Shown here one piece after another: positions 1 through 11,360 of a stretch of 64,000 nucleotides of DNA; position 1 is the first letter of the stretch, and the number at the start of each line of letters is the position of its first letter. The stretch is from NCBI GenBank assembly GCA_900617105.1, contig UYFQ01000001.1:868001-932000 (forward strand), in the 5' to 3' direction. A program made the translations under genes and the position numbers. This stretch comes from Hydrurus foetidus (taxonomy: Eukaryota). The notes under the pieces were generated by a model that saw only the letters and a program-made list of their open reading frames with translations, did no database searches and was not told where the DNA came from.

Positions 1-1
1 T

Positions 2-1108
2 GAAGCTTTCTCGGCTGCTGCCAACGAAGCGAACTTGCGCGTTGCCGGTCAACCTCGTATCAGCGAAACCGAAACATCTCCCGAAGGCGCGTTGACGTTT
101 GACGCGGTGTTTGAGGTGTTCCCCGAAGTCAAAATTGCTGACCTGACCACTGCTACGGTTGAAAAACTGTCGGCTGAAGTGAGTGATGCTGCCATTGACA
201 AAACCATCGACATCCTGCGCAAGCAGCGTCGCACCTTTGCACAGCGCGCACTCGATGCCGGTGCTGTGGATGGCGACCGTGTAGCAGTGGATTTTGAAGG
301 CAAGATCGACGGTGAAACCTTTGAAGGCGGTAAAGCCGCTGACTTCCAGTTTTTGGTGGGCGAAGGCCAGATGCTGTCTGAGTTTGAAAATGCTGTGCGC
401 GGCATGAAAGCTGGCGAAAGCAAGACTTTTCCGCTCGCATTCCCTGCTGACTACCATGGCAAAGACGTGGCTGGCAAGACCGCTGACTTCATGGTCACCG
501 TCAAGAAAATCGAAGCGGCTAACCTGCCCGAAGTGAACGAAGCACTGGCCAAATCACTGGGTATTGCTGACGCTTCGGTTGAAGGCTTGCGCACTGACAT
601 CAAGAAAAACCTGGAACGTGAAGTCAAGCTGCGCTTGTTGGCACGCAACAAGCAATCTGTGATGGATGCATTGATCGCTGTTTCGGAACTCGATTTGCCC
701 AACTCCAGCGTCCAGTCTGAAATCGACCGTTTGCTTGAAGGCGCACGCGCTGACTTGAAGCAACGTGGCATCAAAGATGCTGACAAAGCAGAGATTCCAC
801 ACGATATTTTCCGCCCTCAAGCTGAGCGCCGCGTGCGCTTGGGTCTGGTTGTGGCTGAGTTGGTTCGTTCTAACTCGTTGCACGCTACACCTGACCAGCT
901 CAAAGCCCACATCGAAGAGTTGGCTGCCAGCTACGAAAAGCCTGCTGACGTGGTGCGCTGGTACTACAGCGACCGCCAACGCATGGCCGAAGCCGAAGCC
1001 GTGGTGATCGAAAGCAATGTCACTAATTTCGTGTTGACCCAAGCCCAAGTCACTGAGAAAGAAATTTCTTTCGATGATTTGATGGGTCAGCAAGGCCAAC
1101 AAGGTTAA
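2..1108 (+). CDS. tig: Trigger factor (5' end outside window)
   Basis: FKBP-type PPIase segment (VDFEGKIDGETFEGGKA...FPADYHGKDVAGK) and C-terminal RVRLGLVVAEL; directly upstream of clpP-clpX-lon. Confidence 0.97.
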   Translation, partial: EAFSAAANEANLRVAGQPRISETETSPEGALTFDAVFEVFPEVKIADLTTATVEKLSAEVSDAAIDKTIDILRKQRRTFAQRALDAGAVDGDRVAVDFEGKIDGETFEGGKAADFQFLVGEGQMLSEFENAVRGMKAGESKTFPLAFPADYHGKDVAGKTADFMVTVKKIEAANLPEVNEALAKSLGIADASVEGLRTDIKKNLEREVKLRLLARNKQSVMDALIAVSELDLPNSSVQSEIDRLLEGARADLKQRGIKDADKAEIPHDIFRPQAERRVRLGLVVAELVRSNSLHATPDQLKAHIEELAASYEKPADVVRWYYSDRQRMAEAEAVVIESNVTNFVLTQAQVTEKEISFDDLMGQQGQQG

Positions 1109-1272
1109 TAAGGCCTGATGGCCTAGGCGGTTTGAGCGCCATCTGCTGAAAGCCTAAAAAGGCCTGATGCCTGAGACTTGCAGTCCAGCCGTCAGGCCTT
1201 ATCTTTTGGTGGGTAGTCTTGGCCCTTAAGCGACTACAGTAACTACTTAACGGCATAACTGGAAAGAGAAAC

Positions 1273-1881
1273 ATGAGTTCACTGGATATTCAAGGCCTCG
1301 GCATGGTGCCGATGGTGATCGAGCAGTCTGGCCGTGGTGAGCGGTCGTATGACATTTATTCGCGCTTGCTCAAAGAGCGGGTGATTTTTTTGGTGGGCCC
1401 CGTGAACGACTACGTGGCCAACTTGGTGGTCGCGCAGCTGTTGTTCTTGGAAAGTGAAAATCCTGAGAAAGATATTTCGTTCTACATCAACTCGCCCGGT
1501 GGTTCAGTCAGCGCTGGCATGGCGATTTTTGACACCATGAACTTCATCAAACCTGATGTCTCCACGCTGTGTACCGGCTTTGCCGCCAGCATGGGCGCAT
1601 TCTTGTTGTCGGCTGGTGCCAAGGGCAAGCGGTTTTCGCTGCCCAATTCCAAGGTCATGATTCACCAGCCCTCGGGTGGTGCGCAAGGTCAGGCGACTGA
1701 AATCGAAATTTCAGCCCGTGAGATTTTGAAAACACGCCTGCAATTGAACAAAATCCTTGCTGAGCAAACCGGTCAGCCCCTGGAAAAAATTGAGCGTGAC
1801 ACCGAGCGCGATTACTACATGACAGCTGATGAGGCCAAAGACTATGGCTTGGTCGATCAGGTCATTGCTAAACGCCCTTAA
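1273..1881 (+). CDS. clpP: ATP-dependent Clp protease proteolytic subunit
   Basis: [27 protein letters not shown] (catalytic Ser), MIHQP motifs. Confidence 0.99.
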   Translation: MSSLDIQGLGMVPMVIEQSGRGERSYDIYSRLLKERVIFLVGPVNDYVANLVVAQLLFLESENPEKDISFYINSPGGSVSAGMAIFDTMNFIKPDVSTLCTGFAASMGAFLLSAGAKGKRFSLPNSKVMIHQPSGGAQGQATEIEISAREILKTRLQLNKILAEQTGQPLEKIERDTERDYYMTADEAKDYGLVDQVIAKRP

Positions 1882-1995
1882 GCATCTTTCAATCTTTGCA
1901 TTGCGGTGGTGGTTTCCTCTAGAGATCCACCATCGCTTTGTTGTTTTTGTATTTGGGTATCATTGTTGTGAACCCCTAACTTTAAGCACCTCTCC

Positions 1996-2446
1996 ATGGC
2001 CGAAAAAAAAGGCTCTTCCAGCGAAAAAACCCTGTTCTGCTCCTTTTGCGGCAAAAGCCAGCATGAGGTGAAGAAGTTGATCGCTGGGCCGTCTGTGTTC
2101 ATTTGTGATGAGTGCATTGACCTCTGCAACGAAATCATCCGCGACGAGCTGCCTGCCAGCTCTGAGCCCAAAAAGCCCAACGGCGAACTGCCCACTCCGA
2201 CAGAAATCAAGCTCAATCTTGATAACTACGTCATTGGACAAGAGCGTGCTAAGCGCACTTTGGCCGTGGCGGTGTACAACCACTACAAACGCTTGCGGCA
2301 CAAAGAAAAAGCCAAAAAAGACGATGTAGAGCTGACTAAAAGCAACATCTTGCTGATTGGCCCCACAGGCTCCGGTAAAACGCTGCTGGCGCAAACCCTG
2401 GCCCGTATGCTGGATGTCCCCTTTGTGATGGCAGACGCTACCACTT

Positions 2447-2477
<31 letters not shown>

Positions 2478-3261
2478 TGAAAACATCATTCAAAAGCTGC
2501 TGCAAAGCTGTAATTACGATGTAGAGCGTGCCCAGCGTGGCATTGTCTACATTGATGAAATCGACAAAATTTCACGCAAATCAGACAACCCCTCCATCAC
2601 CCGCGATGTGTCCGGTGAGGGCGTGCAGCAAGCTTTGCTCAAGCTCATTGAAGGCACCATGGCGAGCGTGCCACCACAAGGCGGACGCAAGCACCCTAAC
2701 CAAGACTTTTTGCAGGTGGACACCACCAACATCTTGTTCATTTGCGGCGGTGCTTTCTCAGGCTTGGAAAAGGTCATTGGTAACCGCACGGAAGCCTCTG
2801 GCATTGGTTTTGGCGCCGCTGTCAAAAGCAAGAAAGAACGCAGCTTGTCGGAAGTGTTCAAAGATGCCGAACCAGAAGATTTGATCAAGTTTGGTTTGAT
2901 TCCCGAATTGGTAGGCCGCATGCCGGTGGTCGCTACCTTGGCTGAGTTGACCGAAGAGGCGCTGGTTCAAATCTTGACCGAGCCTAAAAATGCCCTTGTA
3001 AAGCAGTACAACAAGCTGTTTGGCATGGAAGGCGTTAACTTAGAGATTCGCCCCGCTGCGCTCAAAGCCATTGCCAAGAAGGCCTTGAAACGCAAGACCG
3101 GTGCTCGTGGTTTGCGCTCTATCCTTGAGCAGGCGCTGATTGACATCATGTTCGATTTGCCCACCACGTCCAATGTCGAAATGGTGGTGGTCGACGAGTC
3201 AAGCATTGACGACGACAAACCACCGTTGCTGGTGTACCGCGAAGCGGCTAAAAAAGCCTGA
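1996..3261 (+). CDS. clpX: Clp protease ATP-binding subunit ClpX
   Basis: C4 zinc finger CSFCGK...CDEC, Walker [13 protein letters not shown] and IGF loops. Confidence 0.99.
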
Positions 3262-3385
3262 TGCCCTAACGAGATAACGAGAGAGGGGCAATGCCCTCTC
3301 TTTTCTCGAGTTTAAAAGTTTGCCTTGCGCTTGAAATAGCGGTTTCACATCCGCTGCTCATTCCCCTGAATTTCAAAGGAAAACC

Positions 3386-5815
3386 ATGTCTGGCCAGACT
3401 CCCCTCCCGTCCATTGCCATCGACCTCCCTTTGTTGCCCTTGCGCGATGTGGTCGTGTTCCCGCACATGGTGATACCCCTGTTCGTGGGCCGTCCCAAAA
3501 GCATCAAAGCCCTTGAGGCCGCTATGGAAGTAGACCGCCGCATCATGCTGGTGGCCCAAAAAGCCGCAGCCAAAGACGAGCCTGAAGCCACCGACATGTT
3601 CGCGTCGGGCTGCGTCTCCACCATCCTGCAAATGCTCAAACTGCCCGATGGCACGGTCAAAGTGCTGGTTGAGGGTTTACAGCGTGCCGCTGTGAATGAA
3701 ATTACTGAAGGTGAAGCTTTTTTCACGGCGAATGTGACACCGCTGGACGCGCCTGTCGCGGGCAATGCCAAAGCCACCAGCGAACTTGAAGCTTTGCGCC
3801 GTGCCGTAATGCAGCAGTTTGACCAGTACGTCAAGTTGAATAAAAAAATTCCCCCTGAAATTTTGACTTCTATTTCCAGCATTGATGATGCTGGTCGTCT
3901 GGCCGACACCATCGCAGCACATCTGCCGCTCAAGCTGGAAAGCAAGCAAGCGGTGTTGGATTTGTCGCAGATTAAAGAGCGCTTGGAAAATCTATTTGAG
4001 CAAATTCAACGTGAAGTTGACATCCTCAACGTGGACAAAAAAATCCGTGGCCGAGTCAAGCGCCAAATGGAGAAAAATCAGCGCGATTTTTACCTCAACG
4101 AGCAGGTCAAAGCCATCCAAAAAGAGCTAGGTGATGGCGAAGAAGGTGCTGATGTCGAAGAGATCGAAAAGAAGATCATCGCAGCCAAAATGCCTGCTGA
4201 AGCCCGCAAAAAGGCCGATGCTGAGTTCAAAAAACTCAAGTTAATGTCGCCCATGTCTGCGGAAGCGACGGTGGTGCGCAACTACATTGACGTGCTGTGT
4301 GCGCTGCCCTGGAGCAAGAAAACCAAGATCAAACACGATTTGCCTAATGCTGAAACGGTGCTCAATGAAGATCACTTTGGCTTGGAAAAAGTCAAAGATC
4401 GCATCATGGAATACCTGGCCGTGCAGCAGCGCGTGGACAAGCTCAAAGCCCCCATTCTTTGCTTGGTCGGCCCTCCTGGCGTGGGCAAAACCTCGTTGGG
4501 CCAGTCGATTGCCAAAGCCACAGGTCGCAAATACGTGCGCATGGCTTTGGGTGGCATGCGGGACGAGGCTGAAATCCGTGGTCACCGCCGCACCTACATC
4601 GGTGCGCTGCCCGGCAAAGTTTTGCAAAGCTTAACCAAAGTCGGAGCCCGCAACCCCTTGTTCTTGCTCGACGAAATCGACAAGCTCGGCACCGATTTCC
4701 GGGGTGACCCGTCAAGCGCTTTGCTGGAGGTGCTCGACCCTGAGCAAAACCACACCTTTGGCGACCACTACGTCGAGGTGGATTTTGATTTGAGCGACGT
4801 GATGTTCGTGGCCACGTCAAACTCGATGAACATTCCTTCCGCCTTGTTAGACCGCATGGAGGTGATTCGTCTTTCCGGCTACACCGAAGATGAAAAAACC
4901 AACATTGCCGTGCGTTACCTGTTGCCCAAGCAGTTGAAGGTCAACGGCTTGAAAGACGGCGAGCTGGAAATCACGGCGGAGGCGGTGCGCGACATCGTGC
5001 GCTACTACACCCGCGAAGCCGGTGTGCGTTCGCTGGAACGTGAATTGTCCAAAATCTGCCGCAAGGTTGTCAAAGGCTTGTTGCTCAAGAAAATGACTGC
5101 CAAAGTGGTGGTCAATGCGGATAACCTGAACGACTTCTTGGGTGTACAAAAGTACACCTATGGCCGTGCAGAAGCCCAAAACCAAGTCGGCCAAGTCGTC
5201 GGTCTGGCTTGGACGGAAGTGGGCGGTGATTTGCTGACTATCGAGGCTGCAGTGATGCCCGGCAAAGGCATCATCACCCGCACTGGCTCGCTGGGCGATG
5301 TGATGAAGGAATCCGTCGAAGCCGCCCGTACCGTGGTGCGCAGTCGCGCTAAGCTGTTGGGCATCAAAGACGAGACGTTTGATAAAAAAGACATCCACAT
5401 CCATGTGCCCGATGGTGCAACGCCCAAAGACGGCCCCAGCGCCGGTGCTGCGATGACGACAGCGTTTGTCTCTGCATTGACAGGCATCCCCGTGCGGGGT
5501 GATGTGGCCATGACGGGTGAAATCACCCTGCGTGGCGAAGTAACCGCCATCGGTGGTCTCAAGGAAAAGCTGTTGGCAGCGCTGCGCGGCGGCATCAAAA
5601 CCGTGCTGATTCCGGAGGAAAACGTCAAAGACCTGCAAGAAATCCCTGACAACGTGAAAAGTGGTCTGGAAATCGTGCCGGTGCGCTGGATTGACCAGGT
5701 TCTGAAAGTGGCCCTTGAGCGCATTCCCGTGCCTTTGGCAGACGAAGACGTTGTTGTCTCAGTGGATACCAGCAATCCTCCCCAAGCTGCTGTTGTTGCC
5801 TCAGTCAAGCACTGA
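3386..5815 (+). CDS. lon: Lon protease (endopeptidase La)
   Basis: LPLRDVVVFP N-domain, Walker A GPPGVGKT, PKDGPSAG catalytic Ser, IGGLKEK. Confidence 0.99.
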   Translation: MSGQTPLPSIAIDLPLLPLRDVVVFPHMVIPLFVGRPKSIKALEAAMEVDRRIMLVAQKAAAKDEPEATDMFASGCVSTILQMLKLPDGTVKVLVEGLQRAAVNEITEGEAFFTANVTPLDAPVAGNAKATSELEALRRAVMQQFDQYVKLNKKIPPEILTSISSIDDAGRLADTIAAHLPLKLESKQAVLDLSQIKERLENLFEQIQREVDILNVDKKIRGRVKRQMEKNQRDFYLNEQVKAIQKELGDGEEGADVEEIEKKIIAAKMPAEARKKADAEFKKLKLMSPMSAEATVVRNYIDVLCALPWSKKTKIKHDLPNAETVLNEDHFGLEKVKDRIMEYLAVQQRVDKLKAPILCLVGPPGVGKTSLGQSIAKATGRKYVRMALGGMRDEAEIRGHRRTYIGALPGKVLQSLTKVGARNPLFLLDEIDKLGTDFRGDPSSALLEVLDPEQNHTFGDHYVEVDFDLSDVMFVATSNSMNIPSALLDRMEVIRLSGYTEDEKTNIAVRYLLPKQLKVNGLKDGELEITAEAVRDIVRYYTREAGVRSLERELSKICRKVVKGLLLKKMTAKVVVNADNLNDFLGVQKYTYGRAEAQNQVGQVVGLAWTEVGGDLLTIEAAVMPGKGIITRTGSLGDVMKESVEAARTVVRSRAKLLGIKDETFDKKDIHIHVPDGATPKDGPSAGAAMTTAFVSALTGIPVRGDVAMTGEITLRGEVTAIGGLKEKLLAALRGGIKTVLIPEENVKDLQEIPDNVKSGLEIVPVRWIDQVLKVALERIPVPLADEDVVVSVDTSNPPQAAVVASVKH

Positions 5816-5840
5816 TTTTCACGTTAAAACTTCACAGGAT

Positions 5841-5860
5841 CGGGGCTTCGGCCCCGTTTT
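5841..5860 (+). terminator. Intrinsic terminator after lon
   Basis: CGGGGC-TTCG-GCCCCG hairpin followed by TTTT. Confidence 0.7.
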
Positions 5861-5864
5861 CGTT

Positions 5865-6587
5865 ATGCAATTGCAAGATATTTTGTACAGTCAAGGCTTT
5901 GGCACCCGGCGCGTTTGCGCAGGCTTGGTTCAAAAAGGCCATGTCACCGTCTCAGGTGAGCTGTGTACTGACGCTGCAGCTGATTTTGAAGAGGTGGGGC
6001 TGGGTTTCACCGTGCAAGGCGTGGTGTGGCCCTATCAAGAACGTGCCTACCTGCTGCTGAACAAACCAGCGGGCACCGAGTGCTCACAAAAGCCTTCAAC
6101 ATGGCCTAGCGTCTACACCCTGCTGCCTTCGCCGCTACGCACGCGCCCCCAAAAAGCGTCGGTGCAGGGCGTACAGTGCGTGGGGCGTTTAGACCAAGAC
6201 ACCACCGGCATGCTGCTGATGACCGATGACGGCCAGTTCATCCACAAAATGAACTCGCCACGCCGCCATGTGCCCAAAGTCTACGAAGTAACCACCAAGC
6301 ACCCCGTGGATCAAAAGCAGATTGACCGTTTGCTTTCTGGTGTGGTGCTGGATGACGATCCAAAGCCTGTACTGGCCGCCGCCTGCGTCGCCACCTCTGA
6401 ATTGAGCCTGCAATTGACCCTGACCGAGGGCAAATACCACCAAGTCAAACGCATGTTGGCAGCCGTGGGCAACCGCGTAGAGGGTTTGCACCGTTCGCGC
6501 ATCGGTGGCATGGCCTTGCCTGCTGATTTGCTGCCTGGGCAGTGGCGTTGGCTGTCTGCGGACGATCTGGCTTTGCTGCAACCTTAG
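5865..6587 (+). CDS. rsuA: rRNA pseudouridine synthase, RsuA family
   Basis: S4-like N-terminus, LNKPAG, GRLDQDTTG catalytic motif, TEGKYHQVKRM; start taken at ATG 5865. Confidence 0.9.
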   Translation: MQLQDILYSQGFGTRRVCAGLVQKGHVTVSGELCTDAAADFEEVGLGFTVQGVVWPYQERAYLLLNKPAGTECSQKPSTWPSVYTLLPSPLRTRPQKASVQGVQCVGRLDQDTTGMLLMTDDGQFIHKMNSPRRHVPKVYEVTTKHPVDQKQIDRLLSGVVLDDDPKPVLAAACVATSELSLQLTLTEGKYHQVKRMLAAVGNRVEGLHRSRIGGMALPADLLPGQWRWLSADDLALLQP

Positions 6588-7381
6588 TCGGTTAATTCAG
6601 CAAAAAATGCTTGGATCAACCGCGTCGTCAGTGCGGTTTGATCGCGGTGGGGCGAGTGCCCACAGTGCTCTAGTTTTTGTAGCTGTATCCACCCATTAAA
6701 TGTGCTGATAAGCTCTATTTGAGCCATTGTTCCATAGGGGTCATCGTGGCCTTGGATGGCCAGCACTGGGCAGCGGATATTCGTGCATTCGAGTCGTATG
6801 TCAAAGCTGCGAAAAGCCTCGCTCAGCCACACATCGTTCCACTGCCAAAAGGCACAGTCCACATCCGCGTGGTAACGCGCCAAGCTGCTGCGCAGTGTGC
6901 CGTGCTCAAAGGCATCGCGTGCTTGGGCTATGGCTGCCAGCGAAATCTCTTCAACCATCACATGCGGTGCTATTACTACGCAGGTGCTGGTGGGGAAGCG
7001 TGCCGCATACAGCAGCGCAATGCTGGCGCCGTCGGAATGCCCCAGCAGCACAGGGTTGTGGATGTTCAGCTGCGTCAGCAGGGCGGGCAGCACCTCCCAG
7101 GCTTCGGTGTGCAAGTAGGTTGCGGGTAAACGGCCCTCGTTGCGTACGTTGGGAACGGTTTCCGACTGGCCATAGCCTTTACGCGAGTACACCAAGCCGG
7201 GGAGTCTGGTGGCATCACAGACCGCTTGGGGCCAGTCGCGCCATAGCGCGATGGAACCAAGGCCTTCGTGCAGAAAGATGATGGTTGGCGCTGGAATATC
7301 GGACTCAAGGTTTTTGAACCCTTGTGCCGGTGTTAAATGCGCTGTATCGAGCTGAACGCCATTGATGCTTATCCGTGCCAT
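6584..7381 (-). CDS. Alpha/beta-fold hydrolase
   Basis: LHEGLG, GHSDG nucleophile elbow, GHDDPY acid, CGHSPH His. Confidence 0.9.
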   Translation of the reverse strand: MARISINGVQLDTAHLTPAQGFKNLESDIPAPTIIFLHEGLGSIALWRDWPQAVCDATRLPGLVYSRKGYGQSETVPNVRNEGRLPATYLHTEAWEVLPALLTQLNIHNPVLLGHSDGASIALLYAARFPTSTCVVIAPHVMVEEISLAAIAQARDAFEHGTLRSSLARYHADVDCAFWQWNDVWLSEAFRSFDIRLECTNIRCPVLAIQGHDDPYGTMAQIELISTFNGWIQLQKLEHCGHSPHRDQTALTTRLIQAFFAELTD

Positions 7382-7503
7382 GTTGCGGTTTACCTGTGTT
7401 TTGTTGAGCTTTGTCAACAGCGGCTCTTGCCTGTGAAGACTGCGCCGCAGCCTGTCTATGCTCAGCGGCTACACTGTACGGTGTTTTTGTTGACTGGTTT
7501 GCT

Positions 7504-8559
7504 GTGAATTTTCTTCTTCGTACCCCGGCCCTGGGCCTGTTTGCTGCACTGCTGGCACTTGCCTTTTGTTCAGCCGCCCAATCTGCCCCTCCCGCTGCTG
7601 CTGTCCCTGCTGTTGCTCTCGCGCCCACCGTCGCGTCTGCCTCTGCCGTGCCCTCACCACTGTTCGTGTTGAACTCGCTTGATGCCAGCATCAGCGTGAT
7701 TGACCCTGTGACCTGGAAAGAAACCCAGCGCATGGCGACCGGCAAAGAGCCGCACCACCTGTACCTGACGCCGGATGAAAAATCGATCATCGTCGCTAAC
7801 GCCCTGGGCGATTCGCTGACGTTCATTGACCCCCGTACCGCCCAAGTGCAGCGCACCATTCACGGTATTTTGGATCCCTATCAGTTGCGGTTTTCACCCG
7901 ACATGAAGTGGTTTGTGACGGCGGCTAACCGTTTGAACCACATCGATATCTACCGCTGGGACGGCAAAGACATCGTGCTTGCCAAGCGCATCTCCACTGG
8001 CAAGACACCCAGCCACCTGTGGATTGACTCCAAAAGCACAACCATCTACTCCACCATGCAAGACAGCAACGAGCTGGTGGCGATTGACCTCGCCACCCAG
8101 ACGGTGCGCTGGCGCACACCCACAGGCGATACCCCTGCGGATGTTTTTGGCACGGCCGATGACCGCTTTATGCTGATCGGGTTGACCGGCAGCGATGGTG
8201 TTGAGGTGTATGACGTGTCGGGTAAAGAACCCAAGCGTGTCAACCAGTTCAAAACCGGGCAGGGCGCACACGCTTTCCGTGCGTTTGGTGACAAACGCCA
8301 TGTGTTGGTCAGCAACCGGGTGGCCAATACCATCAGTAAAATTGACCTGCAAACCATGAAAGTGGTGGACAACTACAAGGTTCCCGGTGGCCCTGATTGC
8401 ATGGACATGTCGAGAGATGGCAAACTGTTGTACGTGACCTCACGGTGGGCCAAAAAACTGACCGTGGTGGACACCAGTACCCGTGAAATTGTTCGACAAA
8501 TCAACGTAGGCAAATCTCCCCATGGTGTCTGGACTCTCGATCACGCTTCACGCCAGTAA
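7504..8559 (+). CDS. Secreted YVTN/YncE-type beta-propeller protein
   Basis: Signal-peptide-like N-terminus; repeated blades such as TGKEPHHLYLTPD, VVANA, YVTSR, VGKSPHG; start uncertain. Confidence 0.85.
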   Translation: MNFLLRTPALGLFAALLALAFCSAAQSAPPAAAVPAVALAPTVASASAVPSPLFVLNSLDASISVIDPVTWKETQRMATGKEPHHLYLTPDEKSIIVANALGDSLTFIDPRTAQVQRTIHGILDPYQLRFSPDMKWFVTAANRLNHIDIYRWDGKDIVLAKRISTGKTPSHLWIDSKSTTIYSTMQDSNELVAIDLATQTVRWRTPTGDTPADVFGTADDRFMLIGLTGSDGVEVYDVSGKEPKRVNQFKTGQGAHAFRAFGDKRHVLVSNRVANTISKIDLQTMKVVDNYKVPGGPDCMDMSRDGKLLYVTSRWAKKLTVVDTSTREIVRQINVGKSPHGVWTLDHASRQ

Positions 8560-9343
8560 GTGGCCTAAGCGCCTCCTTATCCTCGCAATCCTGGGGTGGG
8601 GTGCGGCGGGATTTTCCCAAACCTGCACCAAACCCGTTTATTTGACGATAGACACCGGTCACATGGGCGTTGCCCCGTTGATGGCCGATGTGCTCAAGCG
8701 CCACCAAGTGCGGGTCACTTTTTTTGCAGCCAATGAGCGCGCGCAAACCGGCGGTTCCAGCCTGGGGGCAGACTGGGCGCCCTGGTGGAAAGCCCGCGCT
8801 GCTGAGGGCCACGAATTCGCCTCCCACACCTATGACCATGTGTACTGGCGCGGCGACGTGGCCGGCGAACCTGCTCGCTTCAAGTTTCGCCCTTCGGCTG
8901 GCCCGCAAGAGGGGCAAGAGTTCGTCTGGGATGCCGCTCAGTATTGCGCTGAAATCAGCCGCTCGGCAGACCGCTTGACAAACATGACCGGCAAGTCAAG
9001 CCTGCCTCTGTTTCGCGCCCCTGGTGGCAAGACTTCACCGCGTTTGTTAGCCGCAGCAAAAGCCTGTGGCTATGCCCATGTAGGGTGGTCGCCAGCGGGC
9101 TTCTTGGGCGATGAGTTGTCCAGTGAGCAGTTCAGCAATGCGGCGCTCTTGAAGAAAGCCTTGCGTGACATCCAACCCGGTGACGTGCTGCTGGCCCACC
9201 TCGGTATTTGGTCGCGCAAAGACCCCTGGGCACCTGCCGTGCTGGAGCCGCTGATCACCGGCTTGCAAGCCAAGGGTTTTTGCTTCCAAACCCTGCGTGA
9301 GCACCCCGCTTACCGGGCGTGGATCGCCCAATCAGGACGCTGA
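8522..9343 (+). CDS. Polysaccharide deacetylase family (CE4/NodB-like) protein
   Basis: YLTIDTG, SHTYDH, FRAPGG, LLAHL motifs. Confidence 0.85.
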   Translation: MVSGLSITLHASKWPKRLLILAILGWGAAGFSQTCTKPVYLTIDTGHMGVAPLMADVLKRHQVRVTFFAANERAQTGGSSLGADWAPWWKARAAEGHEFASHTYDHVYWRGDVAGEPARFKFRPSAGPQEGQEFVWDAAQYCAEISRSADRLTNMTGKSSLPLFRAPGGKTSPRLLAAAKACGYAHVGWSPAGFLGDELSSEQFSNAALLKKALRDIQPGDVLLAHLGIWSRKDPWAPAVLEPLITGLQAKGFCFQTLREHPAYRAWIAQSGR

Positions 9344-9349
9344 TCTGCC

Positions 9350-10342
9350 ATGCGTTTTGACAGTCTAGAACAGGCGTTGTGGGCGCCGCTGACGGATGCT
9401 TTCAGTCATCTCTTCAACATAACCCAACAGTTTTTGTTTGAGCACGCTGTACAGCCGTTGGCGTTTGCGCTGGGTGCGGGAAACTTGCTGGAAGATGCCT
9501 ACGATGGCACGGGTTGGCTGGTCGTGGGCTTACTGCAAATTTCAGTGCTGTTGTTGCTGATTCGGCCCTTGCAAAAACGCTTTCCTGTGGAGCCCGTGGT
9601 AGACAAGCAGGCTATCCACGTCGATGTGATTTACACGCTGATTCACCGCTTGGGTCTGTTCAAGCTGGTCATGTTTTTCACGATAGAGCCTTTTGTGGAT
9701 GATGCCCTGGGCGTGCTGCGCACCCACGGTATGCCCACGCTGCACCTGGACGAATGGTGGCCCGGTGTCAGCGACAACCCCATCGTCAGCTTTGCGGTGT
9801 ACCTGATCGCCTTTGATTTTGTGCAGTACCTGGTTCACCGCGCACAGCACCACTTTGACTGGTGGTGGGCACTGCATTCACTGCACCATTCACAGCGCCA
9901 AATGACGATGTGGAGCGATAACCGCAACCACCTGCTGGACTCGGCCATTGTGGACATCGTGTTCGTGGTCGTCGCTTTGGGTATTGGCGTGCCACCGGGC
10001 CAGTTTGTGGGAGTGGTGGCCTTGATGCAGCTGTCCGAGAGCTTCCAGCACGCCAATGTGCGGCTGTGGTTTGGTGCGGTCGGTGAACGACTGTGGGTCA
10101 GCCCTCGCTTTCATCGCCTGCACCACAGCATAGGCTTGGGGCACGAGTCTGCGGGCAAAGGCACGCTAGGAGGTGCGAACTTTGGCGTGCTGCTGCCGTG
10201 GTGGGACATGCTGCTGGGCACCGCGAATTTCGAGCTGCGTTACGACCCCACAGGCGTGCGTGACCAAATCGATCAACAACGCGACTACGGTCGAGGGTTT
10301 TGGCAACAGCAGTGGCTGGGGTTGAAGCGCTTGGTGCGGTAG
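9350..10342 (+). CDS. Sterol desaturase/fatty acid hydroxylase family membrane protein
   Basis: His boxes HRAQH, HSLHH, HRLHH; NFG..WD motif; hydrophobic segments. Confidence 0.9.
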   Translation: MRFDSLEQALWAPLTDAFSHLFNITQQFLFEHAVQPLAFALGAGNLLEDAYDGTGWLVVGLLQISVLLLLIRPLQKRFPVEPVVDKQAIHVDVIYTLIHRLGLFKLVMFFTIEPFVDDALGVLRTHGMPTLHLDEWWPGVSDNPIVSFAVYLIAFDFVQYLVHRAQHHFDWWWALHSLHHSQRQMTMWSDNRNHLLDSAIVDIVFVVVALGIGVPPGQFVGVVALMQLSESFQHANVRLWFGAVGERLWVSPRFHRLHHSIGLGHESAGKGTLGGANFGVLLPWWDMLLGTANFELRYDPTGVRDQIDQQRDYGRGFWQQQWLGLKRLVR

Positions 10343-10451
10343 GTTTGGGTTGCCAAGTTCTTTTTGCTTTGCGTGATTTCTTCGCTGTCTTGTCTTTCCG
10401 AGACAAGCTGCATGCGCGGTGAGGCTGACCTGCACGGTTATGCTTCGCCCC

Positions 10452-11360
10452 ATGAACCTCCTCTTTGACTCTTTTTGGCGTGCAGCGGCTTACTGCTTGC
10501 ATCCCCGTGTCATTGCCCTGTCTTTTCTCCCGCTGGCCTTGATGGCTGGTTTGGCGTTTGGTCTAGGGTATTTCTTTTGGGACATGGCGTTGGACTGGGT
10601 GCGTGAATTGCTGGACTCATCTTCCCTTATCAACACCTTTTGGGCGTGGCTCCAAAGCGTGGGGGCTGGCAATCTGAAGACGGTCGCTGCGCCGCTGATT
10701 GTGATTTTCAGCGTCACGCCCGTGCTAGTGCTGCTGTGTCTGTTGGTGGTTGCCATGATGATGACACCGTCGCTGACTTCGTTGGTGGTCGAGCGCCGGT
10801 TTTTGCTGCTGGAGCGCAAAAAAGGAGGCTCGTTCTTGTTCAGCCTGATGTGGTCGTTGGGGTCTACCTTGCTGGCCTTGATCGCCATGGTAATTTCCGT
10901 CCCCCTGTGGCTGGTTCCGCCCTTGATTTTAATTTTGCCACCGCTGATTTGGGGGTGGCTGACCTATCGGGTCATGACGTTTGACGTGTTGGCTGCGCAC
11001 GCCAGCAAAGACGAGCGCCGAGAGATTTTCAAACGCCACCGCGCCAGCTTGTTGGGCATTGGCGTGATTACCGGGTATTTGGGGGCGGCTCCTAGTTTGG
11101 TATGGGCTTCCGGGGCGATGTTTGCTGCTGCGTTTGTGATTTTGGTGCCCGTGGCGATTTGGCTTTACACCTTGGTGTTTGCGTTTTCATCGCTGTGGTT
11201 CGCCCACTATGCCTTGGCTGCATTGGAAAAGCTGCGGGCTGAGGCTGCCGCTGTAGTGGCAGCGCAGGCCGCCCCGCCTGTGCCTGCTTATGACGTGCAT
11301 GACGCACAAGCCTTACCATTGCCGGATGTCCCCAAATCCCGCCCCCTCCCTTTGCGCTGA
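10452..11360 (+). CDS. EI24/CysZ-like membrane protein
   Basis: Multiple hydrophobic helices, WGWLTYRVMTFD segment. Confidence 0.7.
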   Translation: MNLLFDSFWRAAAYCLHPRVIALSFLPLALMAGLAFGLGYFFWDMALDWVRELLDSSSLINTFWAWLQSVGAGNLKTVAAPLIVIFSVTPVLVLLCLLVVAMMMTPSLTSLVVERRFLLLERKKGGSFLFSLMWSLGSTLLALIAMVISVPLWLVPPLILILPPLIWGWLTYRVMTFDVLAAHASKDERREIFKRHRASLLGIGVITGYLGAAPSLVWASGAMFAAAFVILVPVAIWLYTLVFAFSSLWFAHYALAALEKLRAEAAAVVAAQAAPPVPAYDVHDAQALPLPDVPKSRPLPLR